64,000 nt of DNA, from NCBI RefSeq assembly GCF_009914755.1, contig NC_060936.1; one strand, given 5' to 3'. The position numbers and the translations under genes were made by a program. The notes beneath the pieces are model-generated. The model searched no databases, was not told where the DNA came from, and saw nothing but the letters and a program-made list of their open reading frames with translations. This DNA is from the human T2T-CHM13v2.0 reference genome, Homo sapiens. Every line of letters begins with the position of its first letter. Position 1 is the stretch's first letter. Of this stretch, positions 40,280-54,351 are shown one piece after another.

Positions 40280-41560
40280 TAAAATTGACAAAAGTTTTAT
40301 ATATTATATACAACATGTTTTGAACTATGTACACATTGTAGAATAGCTAAATTGAGCTAATTAACCTATGCATTACTTCACATACTTATTGTTTGTGGTG
40401 AGAACACTTAAAATTTACTCTCAGAAACTTTCAAGAATACAATGCATTGCTATTAACTATAGTTACCATGTTGTACAATAGATCTATTGAAATTATTCCT
40501 CCTGTGTAAATGGAATTTTGTATCCTTTGACTAATATCTTCTCAACTGACTACTCTCAGCCCCTTGTAATCACCATTCTACTCTCTATTTCTGTGAGTTC
40601 AATGATAGATTCTTTATATAAGTGAGGTCATGCAGTATTTGTCTTGCTGTGCCTGGCTTATTTTACTTCACATAATGTTCTCCAGGTTCATTCATGTTGC
40701 CACAGATAACAGAATTTCCTTGTTTTTTTTTAAGGCTGAATAATATTCGATTGTGTTTATATACCACATTTTCTTTATCCATTCATCTTTTGATGAACAC
40801 ACATGTTGATTTTATATCTTGGCTATTGTGAATAGTGCTGCAATGAACATGGCAGTGCAGATATCTCTTTGACATAGTGATTTCATTTCCTTTGGATATT
40901 TCTTTGGATATATACCCAATTGTGAGATGGTTGGCTCACATCTATTTATGATTTTTTGAAGAATCACCATAGTGTTTTCCATAATGCTTATATCAATTTA
41001 CATTCTTACCAACAGTGTATAAGAGTTCCCTTTTCCCCACATTCTTGCCAACACTTATTATCTTCTGTCTTTTTGCTAATAGCTATTCTAACAGATGTGA
41101 AGGGATATCTCATTGTGGTTTTAATTCGCATTTCTCTGATAATTAGTGTGTTCATTTTCACACTGCTATAAATACCTGAGACTGGGTAATTTATGAAAAA
41201 AAGAGGTTTAATTGACTCACAGTTTCCTGGACTTAACAGGAATCATGATGGGAGGCCTTAGGAAACTTACAATCATGGCAGAAGGCAAAGGGGAAGCAAG
41301 GACTTTCTTCACATGGTGGCAGGAGAGAGTGAGCAAAGGGAAGTGCTACACACTCTCAAAACCATCGGTTTTTGTGAAAACTCACTCACTATGACCAGAA
41401 CAGCGTGGGGGAAACCTGCCCCTATGATCCAATCACCTCCCACCAGGCACCTCCTCCAACATGTCGGGATTACAATTTGAGATGAGATGTGGTTGGAGAC
41501 ACAGAGCCAAACCGTATCAAATAGTGATGTTGAACATTTTTTTCATATGCCTGTTGGCTC
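40280..41560 (-). mobile_element. L1MA-type 3' region interrupted by MST
   Basis: tggtgagaacacttaaaat, ccatgttgtacaatagatct, tatcttggctattgtgaatagtgctgcaatgaac. Confidence 0.85.
41147..41519 (-). mobile_element. MSTA-like solo LTR
   Basis: tacctgagactgggtaattt...gagccaaaccgtatca; TSD attag/aatag. Confidence 0.88.
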
Positions 41561-41660
41561 CCATGAGTACTTTTAAGCTATTATTTTATTGTTTTCTGGT
41601 TTTTATTATTGCAGATCTTGAATCTAATTATCATTTCATGATAAGTAATGCTTTTTCTCT

Positions 41661-42620
41661 CTTTTTTAAAAAATTTATTTATTATACTTTAAGTTCTAGG
41701 GTACATGTGCACAACGTGCAGGTTTGTTACATATGTATACATGTGCCATGTTGGTGTGCTGCACCCATTAACTCGTCATTTACATTAGGTATGTCTCCTA
41801 ATGCTATCCTTCCCCCCTCCCCCTACCCCAGGACAGGCCCTGGTGTGTGATGTTCCCCTTCCTGTGTCCAGGTGTTCTCATTGTTCAATTCCCACCTATG
41901 AGTGAGAACATGCGGTGTTTGGTTTTTTGTCCTTGCGATAGTTTGCTGAGAATGATGGTTTCCAGCTTCATCCATGTCTCTGCAAAGGACATGAACTCAT
42001 CCTTTTTTATGGCTGCATAGTATTCCATGGTGTATATGTGCCACACTTTCTTAATCCAGTCTATCATTGTTGGACATTTGGGTTGGTTCCAAGTCTTTGC
42101 TATTGTGAATAGTGCCACAATAAACATATGTGTGCATGTGTCTTTATAGCAGCATGATTTATAATCCTTTGGGTATATACCAAGTAATGGGATGGCTGGG
42201 TCAAATGGTATTTCTAGTTCTAGATCCTTGAGGAATTGCCACACTGTCTTCCACAATGGTTGAACTAGTTTATAGTCCCGCCAACAGTGTAAAAGTGTTC
42301 CTATTTCTCCACATCCTTTCCAGCACCTGTTGTTTCCTGACTTTTTAATGATTGCCATTCTAACTGGTGTGAGATGGTATCTCATTGTGGTTTTGATTTG
42401 CATTTCTCTGATGGCCAGTGATAATGAACATTTTTTCATGTGTCTGTTGGCCGCATAAATTTCTTCTTTTGAGAAGTGTCTGTTCATATCCTTCGCCCAC
42501 TTTGTGATGGGTTGTTTGTTTTTTTCTTGTAAATTTGTTTGAGTTCTTTGTAGATTCTGGATATTAGCCCTTTGTCAGATGAGTAGATTGCAAAAATTTT
42601 CTCCCATTCTGTAGGTTGCC
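41661..42620 (-). mobile_element. 5'-truncated L1PA4/5-like element (ORF2 C-terminal 200 aa open at 41885-42487)
   Basis: ORF2 C-terminus ...HCW...[15 protein letters not shown]...[10 protein letters not shown]; 12-bp TSD tgctttttctct at 41649-41660 and 42621-42632. Confidence 0.95.
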
Positions 42621-43049
42621 TGCTTTTTCTCTAGAATACTTTTAAGGTCTCTTTATGTCAACTACTGCAGTGCCAGAAGGAAAATTTTAATCTGGATTTG
42701 TTTTTCTATTTATCCTATTCAGAACTCATTATCTTCTTTCAGTTCCTTTGAATACTGTATTTTCTCCATATCCTGTACTATCATTTTTGGAATTCTGATT
42801 AGATGTATGTTGGACCTACTCATTCTGGGTTTCCTCTCAAATTTTCTCTCATACTTTCCATCTCTTTTGCTTCATTCGGAGTTATTTAATCAGGTTTATT
42901 TCAACTGATTATTCTTTCCATAGTTATACCAATCCATTTAGCTCTTTACATGTTTGTCCCATCCCCTGAGGTCTTAATTTAGTGGCTGTATTTTTCAATT
43001 CTAAAATGGCAGTACATCATGCCTGTGCCCAGAATCCTGTTGCCTTCTC

Positions 43050-44390
43050 TGTTTGCATACTCTCTCTCTAGATGATCTTGTTTATTTCCAGTGGTTGATG
43101 ACTTAGTTTTATATCTTTGGCCTAGACCTTTCTCTTAAGTTTCTGACTTATACAGATACCCAATTCCTTTGTGACTTATATGTTAAATAGACATCTCAGA
43201 CTTAAAATGTCCAAAATGAAACTCTGTATTTCTCTTGGAAGACTTTCCCCCTGACTCCTCCTCATCTCAGTAAGTGACGCTACTATTCCTCTGGAGATCA
43301 AGCCAGAGTCTGAGACTTCATCCTGAATTCCTTTTACTCCCTTTCTGCCTACAACTACCTCTTTTGCCAGCTTTAATGCTTTTAGCTTCTACTTTCTCTC
43401 TCTGCTCCCACAAAACCATTTTCATCTCTTACCTGGAAGACTGCAGTTGGCTCATAACCAGCCTCCCTGTGTCCACTCTTGCCTCTTATAATCAACATGG
43501 CCAATGGAACAATCGTCTAAAAATAGAAATTAAATCATATCACTAACATGCTTAAAATTCTTCAATGGCTTGTACTTGAACTGCACTTGGCATACAATTC
43601 TCCTCCTTCAGAATTCTTTGGTCTTCAAGGTCCTGTGTGGTCTGTCTCTTGCCCACTTCTTTTCAGCTCTCTTCCCCTTGATCATATGTTCCTGCCCTAT
43701 TTTAGCCATTTCCCACATTCCCCCTGTGTTACCATGTCACTTGATGCCCTCCTTACCTGAAATACTTCTCCCAAATCTTTACATAGTGGCTGTTTCTCAG
43801 CTTTCTTTTCTTTTTTCTCTTTTTGTTTTTTTTTGAGACGGAGTCTCGCTCTGTCGCCCAGGCTGGAGTACAGTGGCACGATCCGGCTCGCTGCAAGCTC
43901 TGCCTCCCGGGTTCACGCCATTCTCCTGCCTCAGCCTCCTGAGTAGCTGGGACTACAGGCGCCCACCACCACGCCCGGCTAACTTTTTGTATTATTATTA
44001 GAGACAGGGTTTCACCATGTTAGCCAGGATGGTCTCGATCTCCTGACCTCGTGATCTGCCTGCCTCGGCCTCCCGAAGTGCTGGGATTACAGGCTTGAGT
44101 CACCACGCCCGGCCCTCTCAGCTTTCAAATCTCACTTTAAATGCTATGCCACAGTGATGCCTTCCTTAACCATGGAATTATAATAGGACCCCTCCCAGAT
44201 CTCCTCTACATCATGTTTTTCTGTGTCAGCAGACTACTTGTTTTCTTCACAGAACCAAGTAACATTTGGTAGTTACTTATTTACTTGCTAGTATCTTTCA
44301 CCATAGGTTTTAAGTCCTACAAGGGCAAAGCCATTATGTAATTTTTCTCACCACTACACATCCTGTATCTGGCATTGTGTCTGATAGTTT
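43050..44390 (+). mobile_element. L2 interrupted by AluY
   Basis: gacatctcagacttaaaatgtccaaaatgaaactc; aaaattcttcaatggctt. Confidence 0.7.
43806..44114 (-). mobile_element. AluY
   Basis: CpG-rich Y diagnostics; TSD tctcagctttc at 43795-43805 and 44116-44126. Confidence 0.93.
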
Positions 44391-44392
44391 GA

Positions 44393-44990
44393 GATTCATT
44401 CATTTTTCTTTCATTCATACAAGTATTTATTTAGTGCCTATAGCCAGACTCTGCTAGATGTTAGAAATATAACTATGAGCCAAGACAGACATGGTTGCTG
44501 CCCTTGCAGAGCCTGTAGTCTTAAGAGTAATACAAGTGATTACAAAGTAGTACAAGTGCTTTAACTGAGGAAGTATGGGGTGGGAGGGAACACATAGATG
44601 GAAACTTAAACCAGTCTTGATATTGCAGGGTGGGGGGGTGCATCAGAGAGGGCTTCCTGGAGGAAGTGACATTGCATCTGAGACCTGATGAATCAATAAA
44701 AGTTTACCAGATAAAGTTAATAATAAAATCAATAGAAGTTTACCAGATAAAGTAAATTAACAATATACACAAAGATTTGGACGTGGAGGAAACTGTGGTG
44801 TAGCTGAGGAACATAAATTCAGTGTGGCTGGAGCATAAAGGTGAGGAATACTGAGAGGTAAGTTTGTAGGGTTGTCAGTCATGCACTACATTAATACTAT
44901 GTTAAGAAATTGAAAGTTTTTCTAAGAACAATAAGAAGCATTAAAGGGTTTTTCAGGAGGTGATGGATACGATTATATTTGCATTAAAAA
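44393..44990 (-). mobile_element. L2
   Basis: cattcatacaagtatttatttagtgcc; ggcttcctggaggaagtgacatt. Confidence 0.75.
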
Positions 44991-45673
44991 TTTCTGAGGC
45001 TAAGTTGATTGGGGAGAGATGAGTTTTCTGCTGAGCAATAGGCAAGGTATCATGGGATGAACAATTGGGTAAACATTGTTCTCAGATGAATAGCAAATTT
45101 TTAAAAATGCTTATTTCATAATGTAGTTATTCACTGGTATTGTAATACAAGTAATAGATTCACTAAAATAAATTAAATTGTATAATTATGTACTCTTTTA
45201 CTGGGAATAAGAATGGAGGAAGGGGGAAAGAATTATAATAGGGGAATAAAGAGAAAGACATTTATAATTTATCAAAATAAAAATTCTGGCTTGTGGCTGT
45301 TGATTTCTCAGATTTCAAGTCTCAGTTTAATGTTATCACTTCAGCACAATAGCTTTAAAGTTCAAGAAATGTAGACAACCAGCATTTAATTGTAATAATA
45401 AAGGTTAGTCTCTATTAACTGATATACCAAGGCAAGGCACCTACGACTAGGAGCTTTCCTGCTACCCATATGCACTCTGGTCCTCTTCTCTGTGTCTAAG
45501 CCAGCCTGGCTGTCTTTCGGTGTGGCATGTAGAGACATCTGTGGCGGGGGAAGGGCTGTACCACCCATAGTGAGGGATCTGGCTACAGGAGGGAGGGGTG
45601 GGAATGTTGATGGCCACAGCGACGTAGTAGAAAATTCCCAAGGAGTGATAGGTTTGAAAGGATGTTCTTGAGG

Positions 45674-45753
45674 AGCTGAAGTAGGCATGAAAATTCCATT
45701 ATAACTTTGGAGTAGCTGAAGTAGGCATGAAAATTCCATTATAACTTTGGAGT
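45674..45753. repeat. Perfect 40-bp tandem duplication
   Basis: agctgaagtaggcatgaaaattccattataactttggagt x2. Confidence 0.97.
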
Positions 45754-47099
45754 TACACCGTGCTTTATGGTTTGAAAGTCCTTTTTTATTCACTATTTAT
45801 TTGAATGTCACAGTTTCACTTTGATGAATAGGATTATTCCCATTTCTCTGGCAAGAAAAACAAGAGTCTCATTATGTAAACAACTTGCCCCAATCACACA
45901 GTTGTGAATGGAGTAAACCAATGTAAATCATACCTTACCAGTTTCATTTTTTTTTTTTTTGCAGAAGTTCATCTCTATCTTTTATTTAGTTAGTGCTAGT
46001 AGTCTGTACTCAAATTAACCATAGGTTATAAAATGATCTTGAAAAGAAAAACAGAAAATCACCTTACAAAGCATCATTGTGGGGAAACGACACATTCTCT
46101 CAAGCTAATCGTCCAAATAAAGGTATTAAAACATTTCATTTTTAATGGAAAATTTCCAAACATGGACTTTATCATTTTCTTTTATCAGTGGTAACACAGT
46201 GCCCATTTTCTTTTATCATTTTCTTTTATCTGTGGTTAATTTATTCTTTTATCTGTGGTAACACAATGCCCAGTAGACAGAAGGTAGCCAGTATGTATTG
46301 AATTATCATAATAAACAACTGCTATTGTACATGAAATCCTCCTTAATACTTGCAAGCCTCTTTGCCTCTTTCCTCAATGACTCCAAGCCACTGCACATTT
46401 ACTGGCTTAGTTATTTCTGTTTTTGCCCTTGTTGGGCTGTCACCCTGTTACATCTTTGCATTTATAACAATGTCCTTCTCTCCCCTGCTAACTTGCTATT
46501 TGTGATCTTCTGTGGTCTAGGAAACCAAATATTCAAGTGACTTATTTTATTTCTTCTATTTTCACTGTGATTGCTTTTCTAACGCTTAAAGGGAGAGTTT
46601 AAATTGTTTGCATGAGTGTTAGGATAAGGTGATCCTGCAACAGACTTACTCAAATTGGATCTTGGTATACAGACTCCCTGATGGATGCTTAATATGCTGG
46701 GTCTTGTTTCTCCTCAGGGGCTAAAGTTATGGGACCAGAACATGAGATAAACTTAACCCTAAATTATATGCTGTCTATATATTTTAATCAGAAGCTTAAA
46801 ATCCCTGCAGAATTTGCTTCTGCAAGTCACCGATTTTGAACTCTGTTGCTGTGTCTGATTGCTCATGTAATATTAAACCCTAGTTGAGCCTTAATTTCAA
46901 GAAATATGAACCAAACTCTGTAAACGCGGATTTCAAGAACTGCTGAACTATGGGAAGTAGTTTTTTTTTTTTTTTACAGTTACTGAAAAATGCAAATAAT
47001 GAACAGTTTCTGAGAGATGTTTCTGAATTCAGCTGTCATTTTTTAAATGGACAGGAATTATTAATGGTTGGCATACTATACCACACATTCCATTTAATT

Positions 47100-47640
47100 T
47101 AATGATATCTCCATTTGAATGTCTGATAGACATTTCAAACAACGCCAAAACAGACTCTTAATTTTACCCTCCCTCACCCTGACCTATTTTCCCCAAACTT
47201 TATATCTCAGTGGAATCATCACCAGCCACCAGTTACTCATGCCCAAAACTTAGAAGTCCTTTTAAATTTCTTCCTTTCCCTAGCCTCCTGTAAGCAACCC
47301 ATCAGCAAATCTTACTGTTTCAATCTCAAAAAAAAAAAAAAAAAATTCGGAGTCTTTCTTTTTCTTTCCAGGTCTTCTGCCACAGCCTTGGAGGAAGTCA
47401 TCTCCCTGGCCACAGTAGCCCTCTCTTGAATTATTCTCCCCGCCCTAGAGTATATGCTTCTAACAGCTGCAGGAGGTGATATGTTAAAATTTTCTGAGGA
47501 TATGTTGGTTGGGGAGAGATTGATGAGTTTTTTCTGTTGAGCGCTTGAGTAAGATATCATGGGATGAACAATTGGGTAAACGTTGTTCTGGCCTCTCTCT
47601 GCTTCTCACTGCACTTAGAATAAAATAAACACTCCTTACC
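47100..47640 (+). mobile_element. L2 fragment carrying a foreign ~100-bp insert
   Basis: gatatctccatttgaatgtc...cccatcagcaaatc...cacttagaataaaa...ctccttacc. Confidence 0.65.
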
Positions 47641-47997
47641 ATCACCATTGGCCTTGGCAACATGGAGCTCATTAGAAGCTCCTATGAGACATTTTAGTGG
47701 AGTTGTGCGAGTGGGCAGCAGCATGCTGAGGGTAGAGGAGCTAATAGCAGTTATAAGTTGTGGCTAACAAGTCATTACTTCAGAAAGCCGGATATGAAAA
47801 GGAGGAGAGAGATAGGAGGCAACAAGAGAGGTTGTAGGGGTTAAGGCAGTGGGTTTTTTTGAAAAGACCTAAAGACGTAAGCAAACTTAAGTAGAGAAGG
47901 AGAAAGAATAGGAAAACTTCACACATGAGGACAAGGAGATGATTGAGTAATGTCACTGAGGGGGCAAGAAGTGGTGAGTGATTTAGTCTTAGGCTCT

Positions 47998-48780
<783 letters not shown>

Positions 48781-49806
48781 ACTCAAAAAGAATATCTTTG
48801 CTTTGTATGAAAGGAGTGTGAAAGGGGAGAAAGCTGAGAGAGACGCTGGCCAGTGGCCCCAGTTTTCTCAGTGAAGTGGAAAGTAAAGTGATGCCCTGAA
48901 AGTGAGAAGGCGGGAGAGGCAGACTGGGGAGGGAGAGTGAGGTTTGGAGTCACCATTCAGGAGCATGGGAAAGGTGGCCCTTTTATGTGTAGAATGGTCA
49001 GGTAGAATGGAGAGCTCAGCTGAGGTGGGAAATCAAAAATGTGCAGAAGCACCAGTGTGCCTCGTTGTGTGATTTTTCTCTCTCAGGTGTAATGAAGCAG
49101 AAATGAGGACACTGGATGATTGGTGTGATCCAGGATAGGGCTTTTGTTAAAAGGATGTGGACCAGGCAGAAACAGCCAGGATAGTCCTAAAAAATATTGG
49201 GGAAATGATTGAGGTAATGTATCGTGGAGCTGGAAGGAAGGACTTGAAATCCAAAGAAGCTGAAAGATGGTGAGAAAATGGACAGCTGGAGGAACTGAAG
49301 GTTTTGATATGGTTGAAGTGAAGGTGAAATTAGAGGAGAGAAGAAGGGCTGGGAGGCAGTAGGTGGTGATTTTGGAGTCAAAACATTCCATATAATGGGT
49401 GCAGGAAAATGTTTCAGGAAAACGTGTTTAAAGTAAACTAGGTTTATAAAAACCAAAATCTGTATCTTCCATACAAAATGGAATTACGCAATTTTTATGT
49501 GTCCATAAATGTGTTCCATGGGTGATAAAATCAATAAAAGTACACTTTCTTCCACTGAGGACTCTACAATGATTTTTTGATTTACTAAAAGATTTTTCAC
49601 TTTTCACACAAATCCATCATACATTTTATAAAATAATAAACAATTTCTAATATGGGCATATGATGATGACATTTGACACATACAAATGGGTCCTGTACAC
49701 CAATTTTACAAAGGTATTAAATGTGGATTTTTTCTCAGCGTTCCCAGTTTAGAAAATATTTCAGGAAATTACGTTCTTATAATAAATTTTTAGCAACTGT
49801 ACAGAA

Positions 49807-49991
49807 CAGTGGTTCTCAAAGTGCGTCCCCTGACGAGCAGTATAGGCACCTCCTGGGAACTTGTTAGAAACGCAAACCGAGGGTCCCACCCAGCTCCACT
49901 GTGTCAGAAACACTGGGGGTGACGCCAATCAAGCAATGTGCTCTAACGACCCTTCAGGTGATTCTGATGCCCCCTGAAGTTTGAAAACTAG
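49807..49991. mobile_element. MER5A hAT-Charlie element
   Basis: cagtggttctcaaagtg...ctgggaacttgttagaaa...caggtgattctgatgc...aagtttgaaaac. Confidence 0.85.
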
Positions 49992-50754
49992 CGTAAAAGA
50001 TAATAAAACAACCAAACCAAACCAAACCAAAACTCAGTAGGCCTCTTCCCCCTTCCAGGTTTTAGCGTTTACTTCAGAATTACTGACAAAAGCCATTTTT
50101 AACTTTGCAGTAGATAGCTCAGTGTTTTAATGCTACCATTAATTACTGGTATATTTAAAAATCTTTATAGTCAGCTTCTTATAACTTTCTTCCAGACACG
50201 TTTTACTAAAATTTCATGGTGTAAAGTTCACCAAAGTAAACACCTTATGCTGCAAGAAACAATTTCTCTTTATAAGACATATTTGTAATAGTTGAAATTA
50301 AGATTCAGGGCCCTTCTAGATAGTGGGTTTGGTCATTCTATTGTCCATAGCAATTTACTTACCAAAGCTTAGACCGTAAAACACAGTTCAAAGAAGATAT
50401 AGTTCAAACACACAATTATTAACCATGCACTGTATTGATAATAGTAACTATTTGAGTGTACTGCCCTAGATATAATTGCTGGATAAACTATTTTTCCTAA
50501 AACCTTGTGTAAATAACAAGTGTCAAATTTCAGTTTCCTGAAGTAGAGAAATTATTTATTCAGCAATGTTGAGGAAGGGTCTTCCATACAAATGAATTTT
50601 CTAGGAACCTAGCCTATATTTGTGTATTTTTGGCTATTTCTTTTTACATTTTTATCAATAAAATCAGAAGATAATTTGCTTAGGTTACCAGAGTTTGATT
50701 TTTCTCGATTGCAGCTCTGTTTTGAATACATTTTATAGTCTTCTTTTACTGTAA

Positions 50755-50870
50755 TTAAATACATGTTTGTTGAGCACCTACTATTTTCATGAATAGTACT
50801 GAGTGGTAAGATGAATAAAAAGATGAATGAGCTATGGTCCCTGCCCTCAAAGAGTTTATAATCTAATGGA
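50755..50870 (-). mobile_element. L2 3' end
   Basis: tttgttgagcacctactat...ggtccctgccctcaaagagtttataatcta. Confidence 0.7.
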
Positions 50871-50989
50871 AGAGTTGGCTGTGAAAACAACTATCTATAA
50901 TGCAAGTCCCTAGATTTAAACCCATATTCTTAAGGATTATTGGCAATCCTAGCTTCATTTTTATTCCTGTTAACATATTTCATACTATG

Positions 50990-51480
50990 TTAGTTGGAAT
51001 TCAATTGATTGTATGTGACAGGAAGCCAAAACCTACTGGCTTAAGCAAAAAGAGGATTTGTCACTAACATGAAAGAAGGTTCAGAGACAGGGCTGACTTC
51101 AAACATGTCCGAGTTCAGAGATCAAAGGATATTTATGAGAAGGTGATTTCCCTTCATCTCTCAGCTCTGCCTTCTGTTGTGCTAGCTTCATACAGCTGCA
51201 ACCATGTGCAATGAATCCAAACCTACCATCCTTTCAGGTTCAGGCCTAGAGGGAAAAAATGAAGATCCCAAAATCCCAGGGAAAAAAATTCTGTTTGTAT
51301 TATTGGCTTTGGCTGGGTAAAACATGCTGATTGGTATAGGCCTGGGTAATCAGCTCCACTCCTGCAGAAACCACTTGGACTGAGGTGAGCAAAAGGAGTG
51401 ATTCTTAAGTAGGAAACAAAAGCACCATTTCCAGAGGAAGATTGAATAGGTGCTGAGAGCAAAAACAAGGGCATGCACCC
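50990..51480 (-). mobile_element. Old MLT1 (K/L-like) LTR
   Basis: ctggcttaagcaaaaagagg...tctcagctctgccttc...gctgattggtataggcctggg. Confidence 0.55.
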
Positions 51481-53609
51481 GACATTCTAACCAAGATGTG
51501 ACAGTTTCCAAGTATATGTTCTTGTAACTTGTCAGCCTCTACATGACCAAAACACTTTTTTCCCATTTATTCCCTATAGTTTTTAGTGCTTTAACATTTT
51601 AAGTCTTCTTGTCTCAGGCCATTTCTATAAAGTATTGGAACCCTGAATAAAACAATTTAAAAATGTATTGTTATTTTGGAATTTCTAAATGACTATATAT
51701 TTGATGATATAGAGATGAATTTTTACTAAGTCAAATTTTTAAAAAATCTCAATAAATTACATAGCCATAGTTTTATCTACTGACTATTGTTACAGCTTCT
51801 ACCTATAGTACTTTGACCTCTTTACCATTTACTTTACATGTAAATATTCTCAGCTGGGAGGACCTATCCCTAACATTTTTTCCTCAAGTGCATTACTTTG
51901 CAATGCTCCCTCTCTATCATTCTAATATAAAGTACATAATGACACCTACATAACAGTTGCACTGGGTTTGTATTTGCTGAATAGCAATTGTTCACAATAC
52001 TGAATTTGAAATTTTATATTTGGGTCTTTACAGATGACATTCATTTGTAAGCCGCATTCTACATAAATGACTGTAAAAGACCCTATCCCTATTTATCTGC
52101 TTAGCTTCAATGCTCCCTTCATTAATATTAGCTCGAGATAACCTAATTTTCTTGAACTTACCCCAAACAATTTGCAGAGCTTTTTATTTTTTGCAAATTT
52201 GCATGATTAGTAGGACTTGCTAGACCTCAAATGGAAATGGCAAATGCTGTGCTCCAGGGAAGCTGGGAAAAGCCAAATTTCAATCCCTTTATCACCAAAG
52301 AAAATGAACCTTATTCCAGGGAAGGGCTGAGCTGATATTGTCAGTGGTGAGGTGAGAGAGAAATGAACTATGGAATTAGAATTTAAAATTCACAACATGA
52401 ATCCAAATATTAGAGAATAACTTATACGTCGACCCTTCTGATGTTTAACAGAGAGAAGCATTCAATTTGCATTTCATTAAATATTAGAAATCAGATGGGA
52501 TACTAGTGTTTTTCTTATTAAAAAACTTATGAAATTACCTTTCAATCATCTATTTAAGAAATTCCAGTACATTCTCCAAATTTATAAAATTATATATAAT
52601 ATTTCTTATTTACAAGGGCTATAGGAATTGATTATAAAGGATCAGTGAATCTTAAAACTAGTTTAGTGGTAAAGTTATTCAGCTTTCATCAATGGTAACA
52701 GAAATATTATACCTTATCTTTAGCTCATGAACATGGAAGACTCATGAGACACAGTTCTAATTTATATGTACACATTTTTAAAAAGTCATGTTGCTTATGA
52801 TGTGCAAGTAGAATATTAACTAATATAATTTATTTGTGCTTTTCTTATGTTTTTTTTTCTTTTCTGTTACCCATAGCTATTTTTTAAAAATAAAATATGA
52901 TTTAGGGGTCACAGGAGTTGTTCTAAATAATTGAGTGATAAAACACTACTTGTAACTTCAATTTTTGTTTCTGTGTTTACAACTTGGTACCATTAATGAG
53001 CTGACACACTGATAAATATTATAATTTTATATTTAATTGACTATCAGAATCTAGTTAAATTTGGGAAATTTAATAATAGTATTTTACTTTTATTATATTT
53101 ATACTATATACTTACTGTATTTGGTAATTTCTTTCATTGAAACTTACTTTTTTGGTATACCTTAGCATACCTTCTTTGTCAATTGAAGGTAATACAATAT
53201 AATAAACAAATTCAGTTCATATTACCTCATTAAAGGCCTGGAGTTGCTTACTCATTCATCTCACATAGCATATGGACACTTTAATACTATCCTTTAAGAA
53301 AAAATGACCTAGTTTTGTTGCACAATCCAAAGGATGTCTACAGTAGGATTTTAAAGACTAGTAGAAATGTGGGCTCATAACATTGCTGATTGATATGGGA
53401 CATGTGTTTGTGCAGGGGTTTTGAAATACCTATAAGATTACATTATAATAAAGACCTGAGAATTATACCAGTTCTTAGGAGAATATTTGATAAATTCTTA
53501 GAAGTTATATAATTCAATGCCCTTGCTTTATAAATAAGAAAACAGATATGCAGGGAGGTTAAAATGCTCATAAGTACAGAGCTGAATCAGCAAAAATCCT
53601 GAGTTTTTA

Positions 53610-54200
53610 ATTTTCCTTTTTGATAGGGTTATTAAATCTATGGATTGATATCTTTATCTGTTTGGAAATTTTTTTGCCATTAAATCTTAAATATTGCTTC
53701 TGTCCTATTCACTCTTTTCTTTCTGAGATTACAACTAAGTGTATGTTAGACGTATGTATCCTCTATGTCTTTTACTCTCTCGTCTGTATTTTTCATTCTT
53801 TTGTCTCTCTGTGCTTTATTCTGGTTAGTTTCTTCTGACTTACAGTATAGTTCACTAATTTTTGTTTGCTGATATTTAATAGGCTATTAATTACCATTTT
53901 GCTAACTGCATGATATACTCATTGGATATACTTCAGTTCATGTAACAATTGTCTTATATTTTTTCATCTAGATTGCATTCAATTTTTCACTATTATAAAC
54001 ACAATGCTAGTAACACATATTTGTGCTCAAATTATTTCATTTGAAAATCAGGATTATTAATTTAGTATGCATTCTTAGAAGCTAAATTGCTGGGTGAAGG
54101 ACATGAATATTTTTAAGTCTCCTGAAACATATTGCTAAATTACCTTTCCTAAGACAAGTTAGATGTTTTAATTCCATATTCAAAATTCTCCCCACTTCTT
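53610..54200 (-). mobile_element. L1ME-type fragments
   Basis: tttggaaattttt...aaatattgcttc; aaattgctgggtgaaggacatg. Confidence 0.5.
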
Positions 54201-54351
54201 TGCCATCTTGTTTCCTGGCCAAAATGTTTGTGTCAAGGTAAATATTGCCTTTGGAATAGTCTAATATAGTTAAGAATGACAGTGAAAGACGAATTTTTAA
54301 CCGTACTGTGAGTGTGACTATAATTGAATAGTTTTTCTTAGGACGGAAGAA

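Noticed and set aside
41885-42487. 200-aa ORF, the longest in the window
   Set aside because: L1 ORF2 C-terminus in a 5'-truncated L1PA; not a host gene and lacks EN/RT domains
52192-52204. tgcaaatttgca palindrome with octamer ATTTGCAT
   Set aside because: Short and expected by chance in AT-rich DNA
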